A DNA stretch of 64,000 nucleotides from Candidatus Woesearchaeota archaeon (GCA_964372205.1 CAYJQB010000001.1:141180-205179), one strand, 5' to 3'. Counted from the first letter of the stretch, positions 20,414 to 30,522 are shown. Numbers and translations: made by a program. Notes: a model not told the origin generated them from the letters alone.

Positions 20414-21085
20414 TCACTCTTTAAGTTCTTCGCTCTGGATAGCTCCGTGAGTGATTCCATTTAGCTTGTCAAAGAAGTCAAGTTGCATTCCAGCAGGAAC
20501 ATTGACTATGACTGATAGATTCCCATTAGCCATCCATTCCTCGCTTTCCTTGTATTCATTCACTAGTCCATAGACTTGTCCCGTGAATTGAGCAGGAATC
20601 ACAAGCTTCACTCTTTTCATCTCAATCCTTATAGGAATCACTTCCTTTAGCTTATGTACGAGAGCTTGCATTTGGACTTCCGGAGGCCGGTTATCAAAGC
20701 TATAATGCACTTCATCAACAGCCCTCTTTATTCTTTCTTCAGTATATGGCCTACCATGCTGATCCACAGCATTTCTTAAAATCAAGTTTATGACTCTTTT
20801 CACTTTAGCTTCTCTTTCTGCATCTCTGACTTCTTGGGGCTTTTGCACCTCTCCATTTTTTATAATCTTCTTAGCTACCTCATAAATATCTGTGGTGCCG
20901 AAAGCATCCATAAGATCTTTTTGAGGCACGGCAGTTCCCTTGTCCACATCAAAATATATTCCATTAGAGTTTAGAGCGCTGGTTATATCTCCTTCATCTC
21001 TCTTGAATTTCATAGCTTCTTCGAAATCAACAGATATCTCAAAATTTTTCCCCTTAGCTTTAATTCTTGCCGTAACAATAACCAT
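20414..21085 (-). CDS. SBDS/Sdo1 family ribosome maturation protein
   Basis: VIVTARIKAKGKNFEISVDFEEAMKFKRDEGDITSAL fits the SBDS N-terminal (FYSH) domain. Start taken at the internal Met. Confidence 0.75.
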   Translation of the reverse strand: MVIVTARIKAKGKNFEISVDFEEAMKFKRDEGDITSALNSNGIYFDVDKGTAVPQKDLMDAFGTTDIYEVAKKIIKNGEVQKPQEVRDAEREAKVKRVINLILRNAVDQHGRPYTEERIKRAVDEVHYSFDNRPPEVQMQALVHKLKEVIPIRIEMKRVKLVIPAQFTGQVYGLVNEYKESEEWMANGNLSVIVNVPAGMQLDFFDKLNGITHGAIQSEELKE

Positions 21086-21138
21086 TTTAACTTCCAACCA
21101 GGTCAATTTTATAAAGATTTGCAATTATTTATGAATAG

Positions 21139-22197
21139 TCATTTATTCCTGTTAATGTTGTAATTCATCAATCCATGAAGAAACATCTTATAATATTCGG
21201 AAATATTTAGAATTTCAATAAGCTGTTCACCCTCTTCAAACAGTTTTTTAATTTTACCTTCTACAATTTCTTTCACATTTTTTTCGAGAATCATTTTTCT
21301 CACAAAGTCGATGTCATCTCTTTTTAAATTTGATTTTCCAAAGATATTTTCAAGCTTCACTCTTTCCTCATCAGAAGATTTTTCAAAAAGATAATTTCTC
21401 CACAAAGTTTTTTTATTTTCTGAAATGTCTGAACCTACTGGCTTCCCTATTTCTGATTCATCACCAAATATACCTATTTCATCATCTTTTATTTGAAAAA
21501 TTATTCCGATTTTCTCGCCTAGTTTATACAAAGTCTGTAAGTCATTTTCATGACTCTCTGCAAGAACTGCACCAGTAGTAAAAGGGACTGAAAAAGTGTA
21601 TATCGCAGTCTTGTATTTGTAAACATTCATTATTCTTTCTTCAGGAAATTCTTCTTTTGAAAAACTAATGTACACATCATCCATCTCAGCAAGACCTGCG
21701 CAGTTCAAACTATCACAGAATAGAGATATTATTCTTTTCTTTTTTTTATCGTCGACATTTAAGTTTGACAATATTTGGTAAGCATAGGAAATACACAAGT
21801 CTCCCGCACATATTGCAATACTATATCCAAAATGCCTTGCATCCGCAAAGTTTTCCTTTTTTCCAAGGTCTTCGTATTGAGCAAATATTGTTTTATTTCC
21901 CCTCCTCAACTCATCCCTATCAATTATATCATCATGTATAAGCAAAGCAGAATGCAACAGTTCTATAGCAGCCCCAACTTTAACTGCTTCATCATTTATC
22001 TCTTCTTTAAACATCTCATAGGCTAAAAGAACAAGGCAACCACGTATCATCTTTCCACCCAAGATAAATTTTTCCAATCTCTCGACAAGGTCTTTGCCAA
22101 GATTATTTACTTCCAAGGATTCAAATTTCTTCTCCTCAAGCAACTCAGAAAGAAAATGAGAAATTTTAGATCTATAAAGATCAAACTTTTCGTTCAT
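21139..22197 (-). CDS. trans-polyprenyl diphosphate synthase (GGPP synthase-like, IdsA family)
   Basis: First aspartate-rich motif LIHDDIIDRD and second motif KDDEIGIFGD. Confidence 0.75.
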   Translation of the reverse strand: MNEKFDLYRSKISHFLSELLEEKKFESLEVNNLGKDLVERLEKFILGGKMIRGCLVLLAYEMFKEEINDEAVKVGAAIELLHSALLIHDDIIDRDELRRGNKTIFAQYEDLGKKENFADARHFGYSIAICAGDLCISYAYQILSNLNVDDKKKKRIISLFCDSLNCAGLAEMDDVYISFSKEEFPEERIMNVYKYKTAIYTFSVPFTTGAVLAESHENDLQTLYKLGEKIGIIFQIKDDEIGIFGDESEIGKPVGSDISENKKTLWRNYLFEKSSDEERVKLENIFGKSNLKRDDIDFVRKMILEKNVKEIVEGKIKKLFEEGEQLIEILNISEYYKMFLHGLMNYNINRNK

Positions 22198-22240
22198 TAA
22201 AACTAGTCTAAATTTGCCTATTTATATTTATTCTTATTGT

Positions 22241-22966
22241 CTATTTAGAATACTTTTTCAAAGAATCACCTTCGATTCTTACTATCTCTGGAGAGCCAGT
22301 CTTTATATAAGCGACTTCAAATCTTTCTATTTCAAAGTTTTTAACAAGAATTTTTTTGAAGATTCTCAAAGCAAATTTTATTCCTTCCTCAACGTTCATT
22401 TCCTGGTTGAATTCAGCCCTTAGAGACTCTTTAATCTGTTCATCATTCTCTCCAATAGCATTTGCTTTGTAAGCGAAGTAGTTTCCAGTCACATCTGAAG
22501 TGTATAGATGAGCTTTTCCTTTGCTTATTCCCCCAACCATTATAGCTACACCATAAGGTCTTAATCCTCCATATTGAGTAGCCATCTGTTTTTTATCTGC
22601 AAGCATTCTTATAACGCTGACTGGTTCAACAGGGCTGTCAAAAGTTATCCTGTTCTGTTGAGCGTGTATTTGAGCATTTTCAATAAGTATTCTAGCGTCA
22701 GAAAGCATTCCAGCAGCGCTTGCCATAACGTGATTGTCAATCTCAAAAATCTTATTTGCTGATTCGGATGATATCAGATTATCTCTTATCCTCTTATCTG
22801 CAACAATCACAACTCCATCCTTACAGCTCAATCCAATGCTACTGCTTCCAAGTCTTACAGTCTTTTCAGCATACTCTACTTGTAAAAGGTGCCCATCGGG
22901 AGAGAACATAGTAGCGACTCTATCATAACCCATTGCCTGATGCTGCATTTCCATAGGAATTTCCAT
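22241..22966 (-). CDS. psmA: proteasome subunit alpha
   Basis: MGYDRVATMFSPDGHLLQVEYAEK is the canonical alpha-subunit N-terminus, followed by the Ntn-hydrolase fold. Confidence 0.85.
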   Translation of the reverse strand: MEIPMEMQHQAMGYDRVATMFSPDGHLLQVEYAEKTVRLGSSSIGLSCKDGVVIVADKRIRDNLISSESANKIFEIDNHVMASAAGMLSDARILIENAQIHAQQNRITFDSPVEPVSVIRMLADKKQMATQYGGLRPYGVAIMVGGISKGKAHLYTSDVTGNYFAYKANAIGENDEQIKESLRAEFNQEMNVEEGIKFALRIFKKILVKNFEIERFEVAYIKTGSPEIVRIEGDSLKKYSK

Positions 22967-23032
22967 ATTATCACTTAAAATTCTTTTTTAGATATAAACC
23001 TTTGTGCTATAGTATTTTTAAGTCTTGCGCTT

Positions 23033-23404
23033 TCATTCAGGACACTCTCCAGCCGTCCAAAATTCAATATCTTCATCAAGACAAGCCACACAGCTATTCT
23101 CAAATGTTTGCGCACAAGGGTACTTTATACACTGGACTTTTGTAGAACTAAACCACCCACAAACAGGAGAGTATATCTCATCACAAGCTTGTACATTCCT
23201 GCTTTCAGAACTGCAGTAAGTTTTATTTTCTATTTCAGGGCAAGTATCAAACTCACAATTATTACTAGCATTCCTTCCCACAGCACTTCCATCAGGACAT
23301 ATTTTTGCTTCCATAGTACACGCAATCTGAATGCCTTTCTGGAAAAAATAAGCTCCAATAAGGAATACAATCACAATCACTAGAATAATAATATCTTTTC
23401 TCAT
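23033..23404 (-). CDS. membrane-anchored secreted Cys-rich protein with Kazal-like (YSPVCG) domain
   Basis: N-terminal TM helix, then CDEIYSPVCG ... TFENSCVAC, which resembles the Kazal inhibitor core C-x3-Y-x-PVCG ... TY-x-N-x-C-x2-C with an insertion. Confidence 0.4.
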   Translation of the reverse strand: MRKDIIILVIVIVFLIGAYFFQKGIQIACTMEAKICPDGSAVGRNASNNCEFDTCPEIENKTYCSSESRNVQACDEIYSPVCGWFSSTKVQCIKYPCAQTFENSCVACLDEDIEFWTAGECPE

Positions 23405-23673
23405 TTCTTCTCTAGGCCTTTTAAAGTTCCTGAAACTTTAAGCACTTGAATCTTATCAGAAGCAATAGCAAAACTCCCTATAACCTTATCTATCTCACTT
23501 CGTTCTATCGCAAGAACAACAGTTCCTTCCTTCTTTTTCACAAATACAGGTGCTGATTTAGCATACCCTAATATTCCCACATATTCAAGAATAGCTCTCT
23601 TCACAGATTTTTCGTTACCTCTTATTAAGAGATATCTTTTTTTTGATCTGGCAGAAGGTTTTAATTTTGGCAT
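23401..23673 (-). CDS. RNase P protein subunit Pop5/Rpp14 (Rnp2)-like
   Basis: KKRYLLIRG near the N-terminus and the VSGTLKGL motif near the C-terminus, characteristic of Pop5. At 90 aa it is shorter than typical Pop5. Confidence 0.55.
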   Translation of the reverse strand: MPKLKPSARSKKRYLLIRGNEKSVKRAILEYVGILGYAKSAPVFVKKKEGTVVLAIERSEIDKVIGSFAIASDKIQVLKVSGTLKGLEKK

Positions 23674-23674
23674 T

Positions 23675-24520
23675 TTATTGTTCAGTCTGTGGATTTAGGA
23701 ATTCCTCAACTTTTTGTTTTACAACATTTCCCTCTAATGCAAAACCAAGGCTTTCAGCTCCCCCGATTTTAAAGTTATTGACTCCAACCACTTTTCCAGT
23801 CTTGTCTATTAAAGGTCCTCCTGAATTGCCTGGATTGAGAGTTACATCAGTCTGAATATAAGAGTCCAACCCATTTGGTCCCTCTCTATCGACAGCAGAA
23901 ACAATACCTTCGGTTACAGTGAAAGAAAGTCCAAGAGGATTCCCAATAGCAATGACTTTTGTTCCAGGCTGAACACCTTCAGGATCTGCGAACTCAAGAA
24001 AATCAAAAAATCCCGGAATCTTCAGTACAGCTATATCCATAAAAACATCACCACTAATCACAGTAGCATCAAACTCTTGCCCATCGTATAACGAGACTCT
24101 AACTTGATTAGCTCCATTAATCACATGATAATTTGTTACTACATATCCTCTTGGATCGACAATGAATCCACTTCCAACAGATCTGTCTGTCCTTATGCTC
24201 ACAACCCCTCTGACTACGTCCTCTATGACTCCCGAAAAATCATCTTGAGACGCTTTCAGAAGATTAATCTGTTTCTCAAGGTCAGTTTTTTGAGCTGACA
24301 ATGCTTCTATAATCTCATTAATAACTGCCTGATTCTCCACTTTCAACTCATTTACTTGAGAGTCAAAAGAGTTCTGCAGGTTTTCTTGTTGAGCTATTAT
24401 TTTAGAAGCCTGGGAACTCATGCTGGCAATGGATACTATCTGGAGGATTAAGAGAACAACTACAATCCCATATAAGGCATTTCTGTGCGCTTTCAACCTC
24501 TTTATGTGGCGATGCATCAA
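23675..24520 (-). CDS. membrane-anchored trypsin-like serine protease (HtrA/DegP-like S1C, no PDZ domain)
   Basis: N-terminal TM helix and coiled coil; catalytic His in TNYHVI, Asp in DIAVLK, Ser in GNSGGPL. Confidence 0.8.
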   Translation of the reverse strand: MMHRHIKRLKAHRNALYGIVVVLLILQIVSIASMSSQASKIIAQQENLQNSFDSQVNELKVENQAVINEIIEALSAQKTDLEKQINLLKASQDDFSGVIEDVVRGVVSIRTDRSVGSGFIVDPRGYVVTNYHVINGANQVRVSLYDGQEFDATVISGDVFMDIAVLKIPGFFDFLEFADPEGVQPGTKVIAIGNPLGLSFTVTEGIVSAVDREGPNGLDSYIQTDVTLNPGNSGGPLIDKTGKVVGVNNFKIGGAESLGFALEGNVVKQKVEEFLNPQTEQ

Positions 24521-24597
24521 TAATAAAATGAAATAATGTTTTTATAGCTTGCTAATCGCTTCACAATCATTATAAACCCCAACAACTTTTTATTAGC

Positions 24598-25935
24598 ATG
24601 CTTAAGATTCACACTATTGGAGGTTATAACGAAGTAGGAAAAAACATGACTGCCGTGGAATCGGGAGAAGATGTCATCGTTTTCGACGCAGGTCTTTATC
24701 TTCCAGCAGTAGTGAGCGTTCAGGAAAGAGAGAAAATTCCCACTGAAAAAGGGATGAGGACTCTTGGAGCTCTCCCAGATGATATATATCTTAGTAAAAA
24801 GGGTTTGGCAAATAAGGTTAGAGGTATTGCCATCTCACATGCTCATCTTGATCATGTTGGTGCAGTGCAGTACACAGTTCCCAAATACAATGCCCCCGTC
24901 ATTGGCACCCCATTCACAACAGAGGTGCTCAGAAGTCTTATGCGTGATAATAATCAAAGCATTCCAAATCCTATAGTCTCCGTTAATCCAAATTCTTCCT
25001 ACACAGTAAAAGGAAAAAAAGATTACAAAATAGAAATGGTAAACATAACTCACTCCACTATCCAAAGTGCAATGATAGCTCTCCACACTCCTGAAGGAGT
25101 CATCTTATATGCAAATGACTTCAAGTTCGATAACACTCCAATTTTAGGAGACAAGCCAAATTACAAAAGGCTGAAAGAGCTGTCAAAAATAGGCATAAGA
25201 GCTTTAGTAGTTGACTGTTTATATGCTCCAGAAGATAGGAAAACAGCGTCAGAAAAAATCGCAAGGGGCTTGCTTGAAGATGTCTTATTTACAACGGATA
25301 ATCATAATTCAGGTATAATCGTAACCACTTTTTCTTCCCATATAGCAAGGCTGAAATCTATAACTGAATTTGGCAGGAAACTGAACAGACAGGTAGTTTT
25401 TTTTGGAAGAAGTCTAAACAAATACGTTTCTGCAGCGGCGGCAATAAAACAAGCCCCATTCATAAAAGATGTCCAGATAGCCACATACAGGAATCAATTA
25501 GACAGGATGATAAAAAAGATAAATCAAAGAAAAAAAGATTTTCTTGTTGTTTGTACAGGCCATCAAGGTGAACCAGGATCGATATTGGATAGAATTGCGA
25601 GAGGAAATTTAAAATATAATCTTTCTTCAGATGATCATATAATATTCTCTTCAAAAACAATACCTACTCCTATAAATGAAGCTAACAGAGCAGACCTCGA
25701 AAAAAAGTTAAGAAAAAATCACGTCAGAATTTTCGATAACGTTCATGTTTCGGGGCACGGCGGGAGAGAAGACATAAGAGATTTGATAAAACTTACAAAT
25801 CCAGAGCATATAATTCCTTCGCACGGAGACTTATCAAAAAGAAAAGCCGGATTCGAGTTAGCCTTAGAGATGGGATATAAAAAGAACTATAATGTACATT
25901 TAATGTCAAACGGAGACAATTTATTTATAAAATGA
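24598..25935 (+). CDS. RNase J-like metallo-beta-lactamase/beta-CASP ribonuclease
   Basis: N-terminus KIHTIGGYNEVGKNMTAVESGEDVIVFDAGL matches RNase J; MBL motif HAHLDHVGA; about 445 aa as in archaeal RNase J. Confidence 0.75.
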   Translation: MLKIHTIGGYNEVGKNMTAVESGEDVIVFDAGLYLPAVVSVQEREKIPTEKGMRTLGALPDDIYLSKKGLANKVRGIAISHAHLDHVGAVQYTVPKYNAPVIGTPFTTEVLRSLMRDNNQSIPNPIVSVNPNSSYTVKGKKDYKIEMVNITHSTIQSAMIALHTPEGVILYANDFKFDNTPILGDKPNYKRLKELSKIGIRALVVDCLYAPEDRKTASEKIARGLLEDVLFTTDNHNSGIIVTTFSSHIARLKSITEFGRKLNRQVVFFGRSLNKYVSAAAAIKQAPFIKDVQIATYRNQLDRMIKKINQRKKDFLVVCTGHQGEPGSILDRIARGNLKYNLSSDDHIIFSSKTIPTPINEANRADLEKKLRKNHVRIFDNVHVSGHGGREDIRDLIKLTNPEHIIPSHGDLSKRKAGFELALEMGYKKNYNVHLMSNGDNLFIK

Positions 25936-26318
25936 GGATGGATTTAGAAGGGGGAATTAAAAATGCCTTGGAAAGAGGAAGTTCTATAGAAGACGCAGTC
26001 CAGAGTTTCCTCAATGCAGGCTATTCTGAGCAAGAGGTAAAAGAAGCGGCAGATAAAGTCAACCCAAGCGTTTTATCTCAGATATCTCCTTTGGAAAAAA
26101 AATCTCCCTCTCAAACTCTTACTCCTCCAAGGTATTCTCCTCCTCCAAGTCCAAAGCTCAAACCAGAACCTGCAATGATACAAAGTAATATCGTCCAAAA
26201 AAAGTCTTCAGGATTACTTATTTTTCTGATTTTTATCCTAATAATCTTGCTTGGAACTTTAGCAGTCTCGATAATCTTTCAAGACCAAATCACAGAATTT
26301 TTGAAAGGCGTGCTTTAA
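25932..26318 (+). CDS. hypothetical protein with C-terminal TM anchor
   Basis: 128 aa, a P/S-rich linker, then a hydrophobic C-terminus. Confidence 0.3.
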   Translation: MRMDLEGGIKNALERGSSIEDAVQSFLNAGYSEQEVKEAADKVNPSVLSQISPLEKKSPSQTLTPPRYSPPPSPKLKPEPAMIQSNIVQKKSSGLLIFLIFILIILLGTLAVSIIFQDQITEFLKGVL

Positions 26319-26319
26319 A

Positions 26320-26853
26320 ATGGTTTATACTCCTGCAGAAGACTCTTATCTTCTCGAAGAGCAAGTAAAAATTTTTTCTAAAAACAAAAAAGTTCTGGAT
26401 ATGGGTTCTGGTTCAGGAATCCAAGCCAAAAGAGCATCAGTCTCAGGAGCAAAATCGGTTCTTGCAGTGGACATAAACAAAAAAGCAATAGTTCAATTAA
26501 AAAATCAAAAAATACAAGCGATTCAATCAGACTTATTTAACAACGTATCAGGGAAATTTGACCTGATAATCTTCAACCCTCCGTATCTTCCAGAGGATGA
26601 GATGGAAGACAAAAAAAGTGCACTAGAGACTACTGGAGGAATAAATGGCGATGAAATAACTCTAAGATTTCTTACTCAATCTGTAAATCACTTAGAAGGG
26701 CATGGAACAATTCTTATTTTATTATCTTCCCTTACTCCTAAGGGTAAAATCAATAAGACTATAAAAAGATTAAAACTCAAGAAAACTAAGCTCTCCGAAA
26801 AGAAGCTGTTCATGGAGACTCTCGAAGTCTGGAAGCTTACAAAAGCACAATAA
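26320..26853 (+). CDS. HemK/Mtq2-like N5-glutamine (release factor) methyltransferase
   Basis: VLDMGSGSGIQ SAM-binding motif and the NPPY catalytic motif (IIFNPPYLPE). At 177 aa it matches the short archaeal/eukaryotic Mtq2 type. Confidence 0.65.
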   Translation: MVYTPAEDSYLLEEQVKIFSKNKKVLDMGSGSGIQAKRASVSGAKSVLAVDINKKAIVQLKNQKIQAIQSDLFNNVSGKFDLIIFNPPYLPEDEMEDKKSALETTGGINGDEITLRFLTQSVNHLEGHGTILILLSSLTPKGKINKTIKRLKLKKTKLSEKKLFMETLEVWKLTKAQ

Positions 26854-26885
26854 TCAATAAATACCTCACCCCTCTCGAATTTTCA

Positions 26886-28034
26886 ATGAGATTTACACAT
26901 ATGGGTGACTGTCATCTTGGAGGATGGAGACAGCCTGAACTTGCAAGGTTGACTATGGAAAGTTTTGCCTTTGCGATAAGCAAAAGCATAGAGAATAAGG
27001 TGGATTTTGTTCTCATTGCAGGAGACTTATTTGATACAGCTTATCCTCCAATAGAAGTCATAAAGCAAGCGTTTGAACAATTTAGGAAGCTTAAGGAAGC
27101 AAGAATCCCAGTCTTCTTGATAGCAGGAAGTCATGATTATTCAGCTGCGGGAAAGACTTTTTTAGATGTGCTTGAAAAAGCAGGCTTCGCAAAAAACGTG
27201 TTCCAACCAGAAGAAAGGAATGACAGTATAATACTTCACCCAACACTCTTTGAGAATGTCGCAATTTATGGTTATCCTGGAAAAAAATCGGGGCTCGAAG
27301 TAGACGAAATAGCCAGGATAAAATTACACGATGCTCCAGGTTTTTTCAAGATTCTCATGCTTCACACAACACTGAGAGATGCAGTAGGCAATCTGCCAAT
27401 ACCTACAGTAGACCACACCAAGCTTCCCAAAGTAGACTATCTTGCATTGGCGCATCTGCACATTAACTACAAAAAAGACAACATGGTCTATTGTGGGCCA
27501 ACTTTTCCAAACAACTCTTCAGAATTAGAAGAGCTGAAAGGTGGTTCATTTTACTTTGTAGATACATCTGGGACGTTAGAAAGAGTGCCCATCAATCTCA
27601 AAGAGGTTGTCACACTAAAGATGGAAATAAAAGAAACAATGAAAGCAACAGAGCAGATACTAGAAAAAATAAACGAACACGAGTTAAAAGACAAGGTAGT
27701 GATATTAAAGCTACACGGGATTATTTATTATGGTAAAAAATCTGACATCAATCTGAATTCCATAGAAGAACACGTTAGATTAAAGGGAGCATACGCTTTT
27801 TTGAAGAGCACTACAAAACTTTTTTCAAAAGAAGGAGAAATCAGTTTCGAAGCAGCCCCGGAAAACCTAGAAGACGAAATAATAAAAAAATTTCAGGAAG
27901 AGAATAGAAGTAGGTTCAACTCAAAGATACTAACTCTACTCACAGCATTGAACACCGAAAAAAAAGAAGGGGAAATAAGCAAAGTCTATGACGAAAGAAT
28001 ATTCGAAGAAGCGAGAAGGTCATTAGAAGTATGA
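26886..28034 (+). CDS. mre11: DNA double-strand break repair nuclease Mre11
   Basis: Phosphoesterase motifs HMGDCHLG, GDLFD, GSHD, HLH. Confidence 0.85.
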   Translation: MRFTHMGDCHLGGWRQPELARLTMESFAFAISKSIENKVDFVLIAGDLFDTAYPPIEVIKQAFEQFRKLKEARIPVFLIAGSHDYSAAGKTFLDVLEKAGFAKNVFQPEERNDSIILHPTLFENVAIYGYPGKKSGLEVDEIARIKLHDAPGFFKILMLHTTLRDAVGNLPIPTVDHTKLPKVDYLALAHLHINYKKDNMVYCGPTFPNNSSELEELKGGSFYFVDTSGTLERVPINLKEVVTLKMEIKETMKATEQILEKINEHELKDKVVILKLHGIIYYGKKSDINLNSIEEHVRLKGAYAFLKSTTKLFSKEGEISFEAAPENLEDEIIKKFQEENRSRFNSKILTLLTALNTEKKEGEISKVYDERIFEEARRSLEV

Positions 28035-30106
28035 AACTTAAAAAAATAAGCTTAAAGAACATAAGAAGTTACAGGGATGAGACTATAGAATTTCCTCCAG
28101 GTTCAACTCTCCTTTCAGGAGATATAGGCTCAGGAAAAACTTCAATACTCTTAGCAATAGAGTTTGCATTATTTGGTCTTCAGCCAGGGCAAAAAGGTTC
28201 ATCTTTATTGAGGAGCGATTCAAGTGAAGGCGAGGTGATTCTTGAATTTGAGATAGGGGAAGATAACTTCGAGATTAAACGCTCACTTAAGAGGGGCTCA
28301 AAATCAGTGAGCCAGGGCAGTGGTTTTCTTACAGTGAACGAGAAAAAAGAAGAGCTGTCTATAACAGAGTTAAAGACAAAAATTCTGACATTTCTTAATT
28401 ATCCTCAAGAATTTGTGAAGAAAACAAACATTCTTTACAGATACACAGTCTATTCTCCGCAAGAAGAGATGAAGCAGATAATACTTGAAGATCCTGAATC
28501 AAGACTGAATGTTATCAGACACATATTCGGAATGGATAAATACAAGAGAGTAAAGGAGAACATTCAGATAATAGCTCTTAAACTTAGGGAAAGGTCAAGA
28601 GTTCTACAAGGAGAGGTTAAGGACATAGACGAGTATAAAACTCTCGTTAGTCAGAACAATCAACGCATAAAAAAGATAGAACTCGATTTAAGGAAAAAAA
28701 AGGAGGACTTTAATCTTGCATCAGAAAATCGAAAGGGTTTTGAAAAAGATCTTGAGAAGATAGAATCTAAATTTGAGGAAAGAATTAGATTAGAAAAAGA
28801 AGTAGAAAAGGCGAAGATAATAGAATCTAACAAAACCGTTCAATTAGCAGAATCAAAAAAAGAATTAGAAAAAATACAGAATAGTCTAGCAAAAATTATA
28901 GAAAGATTCAATTTTGAAGACTATCAAAATTTGATAAACGAAATCGAGGCAAAAAGATTGTCAATAGAATCTTTAAGCCAGAAATATATTAACAGCCAGG
29001 CAGCGATAAACTCACTGAACATAAAGATAAGCGAAGACTCAAGAAAACGAGAAAGAATTTTTAGGATAGACATCTGCCCAACATGCCTTCAAAATGTCTC
29101 TGAAAATCACAAACACAACATAACAAATGACACTGAAGTTACAATTACTAAAGCTGAAAAAGAGATAAGTTCATTGAAGGAACAGATAGACTCCTTAACA
29201 AACAATCTTGAGAATGAAAAAAACTCTCTGAAAGAATTTGAAGCAAAAAAGTCTTATCTTGAGATTTTGAAATCGAAAGAAGAATCTTATGAAGCTTCTC
29301 AAAAAAGATTGGATGAGCTTACAAAGCAGATATCTTCATTGAACACTGATCTTGAAGTTCTTGCAAGTCATTCTTCTCTTCTAAGGGATTCAATATTTAA
29401 TTTAAGAAAATTTGAGAATATCTATATCGCAACAGAATCCAAACTAAAAGACGCATTCAGAAAAGAAAGAGATATCGAAATAGAAATAGCAGAGATAAAC
29501 AAGGAAGTCGAGCTTGTTCAAAGAGAGAATAAAAGAATTACAGATAAGATAAAGCAAAAACAGGACCTTGCAGACCAGCTCAGCACAATTTTAGAAGCAG
29601 AGAGCTGGATTTCTGAAGACTTCCTAAATTTGATATCTTTCATAGAAAGAAATATCATGTTCAAACTTCGACAAGAGTTCTCAAAGCTCTTCAATAAATG
29701 GTTCGAAATGCTCACAACTGACAACTTCAATGTTCAGATAGACGAGACTTTCTCTCCAATCATAATGCAAGGAGATTACGAGCTGGACTACTCTTTCCTT
29801 TCAGGAGGAGAAAGAACTGCAGTTGCTCTTGCATATCGTCTTGCTCTCAATCAGACAATAAACTCTGTTTTCAGTCACATCAGGACAAGAAGTCTCGTTA
29901 TTCTAGACGAACCAACAGACGGCTTCTCAGACCAACAGCTCACAAAAGTCCGGGACGTTTTACAAGAATTAGACACAGAACAATTGATAATGGTCTCTCA
30001 CGAGCCAAAGATAGAGAGTTTCGTAGACAACGTCATAAGACTTCGGAAGTCCCAAGGAGCTTCGGCAGTATTATCCGAAGCTACTCCCGAGAAATCAGTT
30101 AATTGA
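28031..30106 (+). CDS. rad50: DNA double-strand break repair ATPase Rad50 (short, 691 aa)
   Basis: Walker A GDIGSGKTS, zinc-hook CPTC, ABC signature LSGGERTAVALA, Walker B LVILDEP. Its start overlaps the stop of mre11. Confidence 0.85.
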   Translation: MKLKKISLKNIRSYRDETIEFPPGSTLLSGDIGSGKTSILLAIEFALFGLQPGQKGSSLLRSDSSEGEVILEFEIGEDNFEIKRSLKRGSKSVSQGSGFLTVNEKKEELSITELKTKILTFLNYPQEFVKKTNILYRYTVYSPQEEMKQIILEDPESRLNVIRHIFGMDKYKRVKENIQIIALKLRERSRVLQGEVKDIDEYKTLVSQNNQRIKKIELDLRKKKEDFNLASENRKGFEKDLEKIESKFEERIRLEKEVEKAKIIESNKTVQLAESKKELEKIQNSLAKIIERFNFEDYQNLINEIEAKRLSIESLSQKYINSQAAINSLNIKISEDSRKRERIFRIDICPTCLQNVSENHKHNITNDTEVTITKAEKEISSLKEQIDSLTNNLENEKNSLKEFEAKKSYLEILKSKEESYEASQKRLDELTKQISSLNTDLEVLASHSSLLRDSIFNLRKFENIYIATESKLKDAFRKERDIEIEIAEINKEVELVQRENKRITDKIKQKQDLADQLSTILEAESWISEDFLNLISFIERNIMFKLRQEFSKLFNKWFEMLTTDNFNVQIDETFSPIIMQGDYELDYSFLSGGERTAVALAYRLALNQTINSVFSHIRTRSLVILDEPTDGFSDQQLTKVRDVLQELDTEQLIMVSHEPKIESFVDNVIRLRKSQGASAVLSEATPEKSVN

Positions 30107-30141
30107 GATAGATTTTAATAGTAATTTAAATATAATATTCT

Positions 30142-30522
30142 ATGAAAAGAAGTGTCTTCCCGATAGTTCTTTTTGCATTATTATTCATCTTTTTGATTGC
30201 CAATTTTTCTATAAATGAAGATTTAGAAAGAAAATATCTTGAAATTGGAAATGAAAAAGTAGACATTTTCTGTGAAGTTGATGAAGATTGCACTTTAAGC
30301 GTGCCTTCAAAACTATTGGAATGTCTTCCCTGTGACTCCCTAGGCTGTAATCTTTATGACGTTAGCGATGCAGAAGTTATTGCAGTAAATAAAAACTGGA
30401 ATCCAGACTGCCCAGAGCCTGAAAATTCAGACGAACTTGTATGTGCCCATTGCGCTGGAGGAATATCTTCTGAAAAAACTTATACTTCACCTAGATGTAT
30501 CAACTGGATTTGTCAGAAGTAA
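30142..30522 (+). CDS. small secreted cysteine-rich protein
   Basis: Signal peptide MKRSVFPIVLFALLFIFLIANFS, then 12 Cys in about 95 aa. Confidence 0.4.
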   Translation: MKRSVFPIVLFALLFIFLIANFSINEDLERKYLEIGNEKVDIFCEVDEDCTLSVPSKLLECLPCDSLGCNLYDVSDAEVIAVNKNWNPDCPEPENSDELVCAHCAGGISSEKTYTSPRCINWICQK

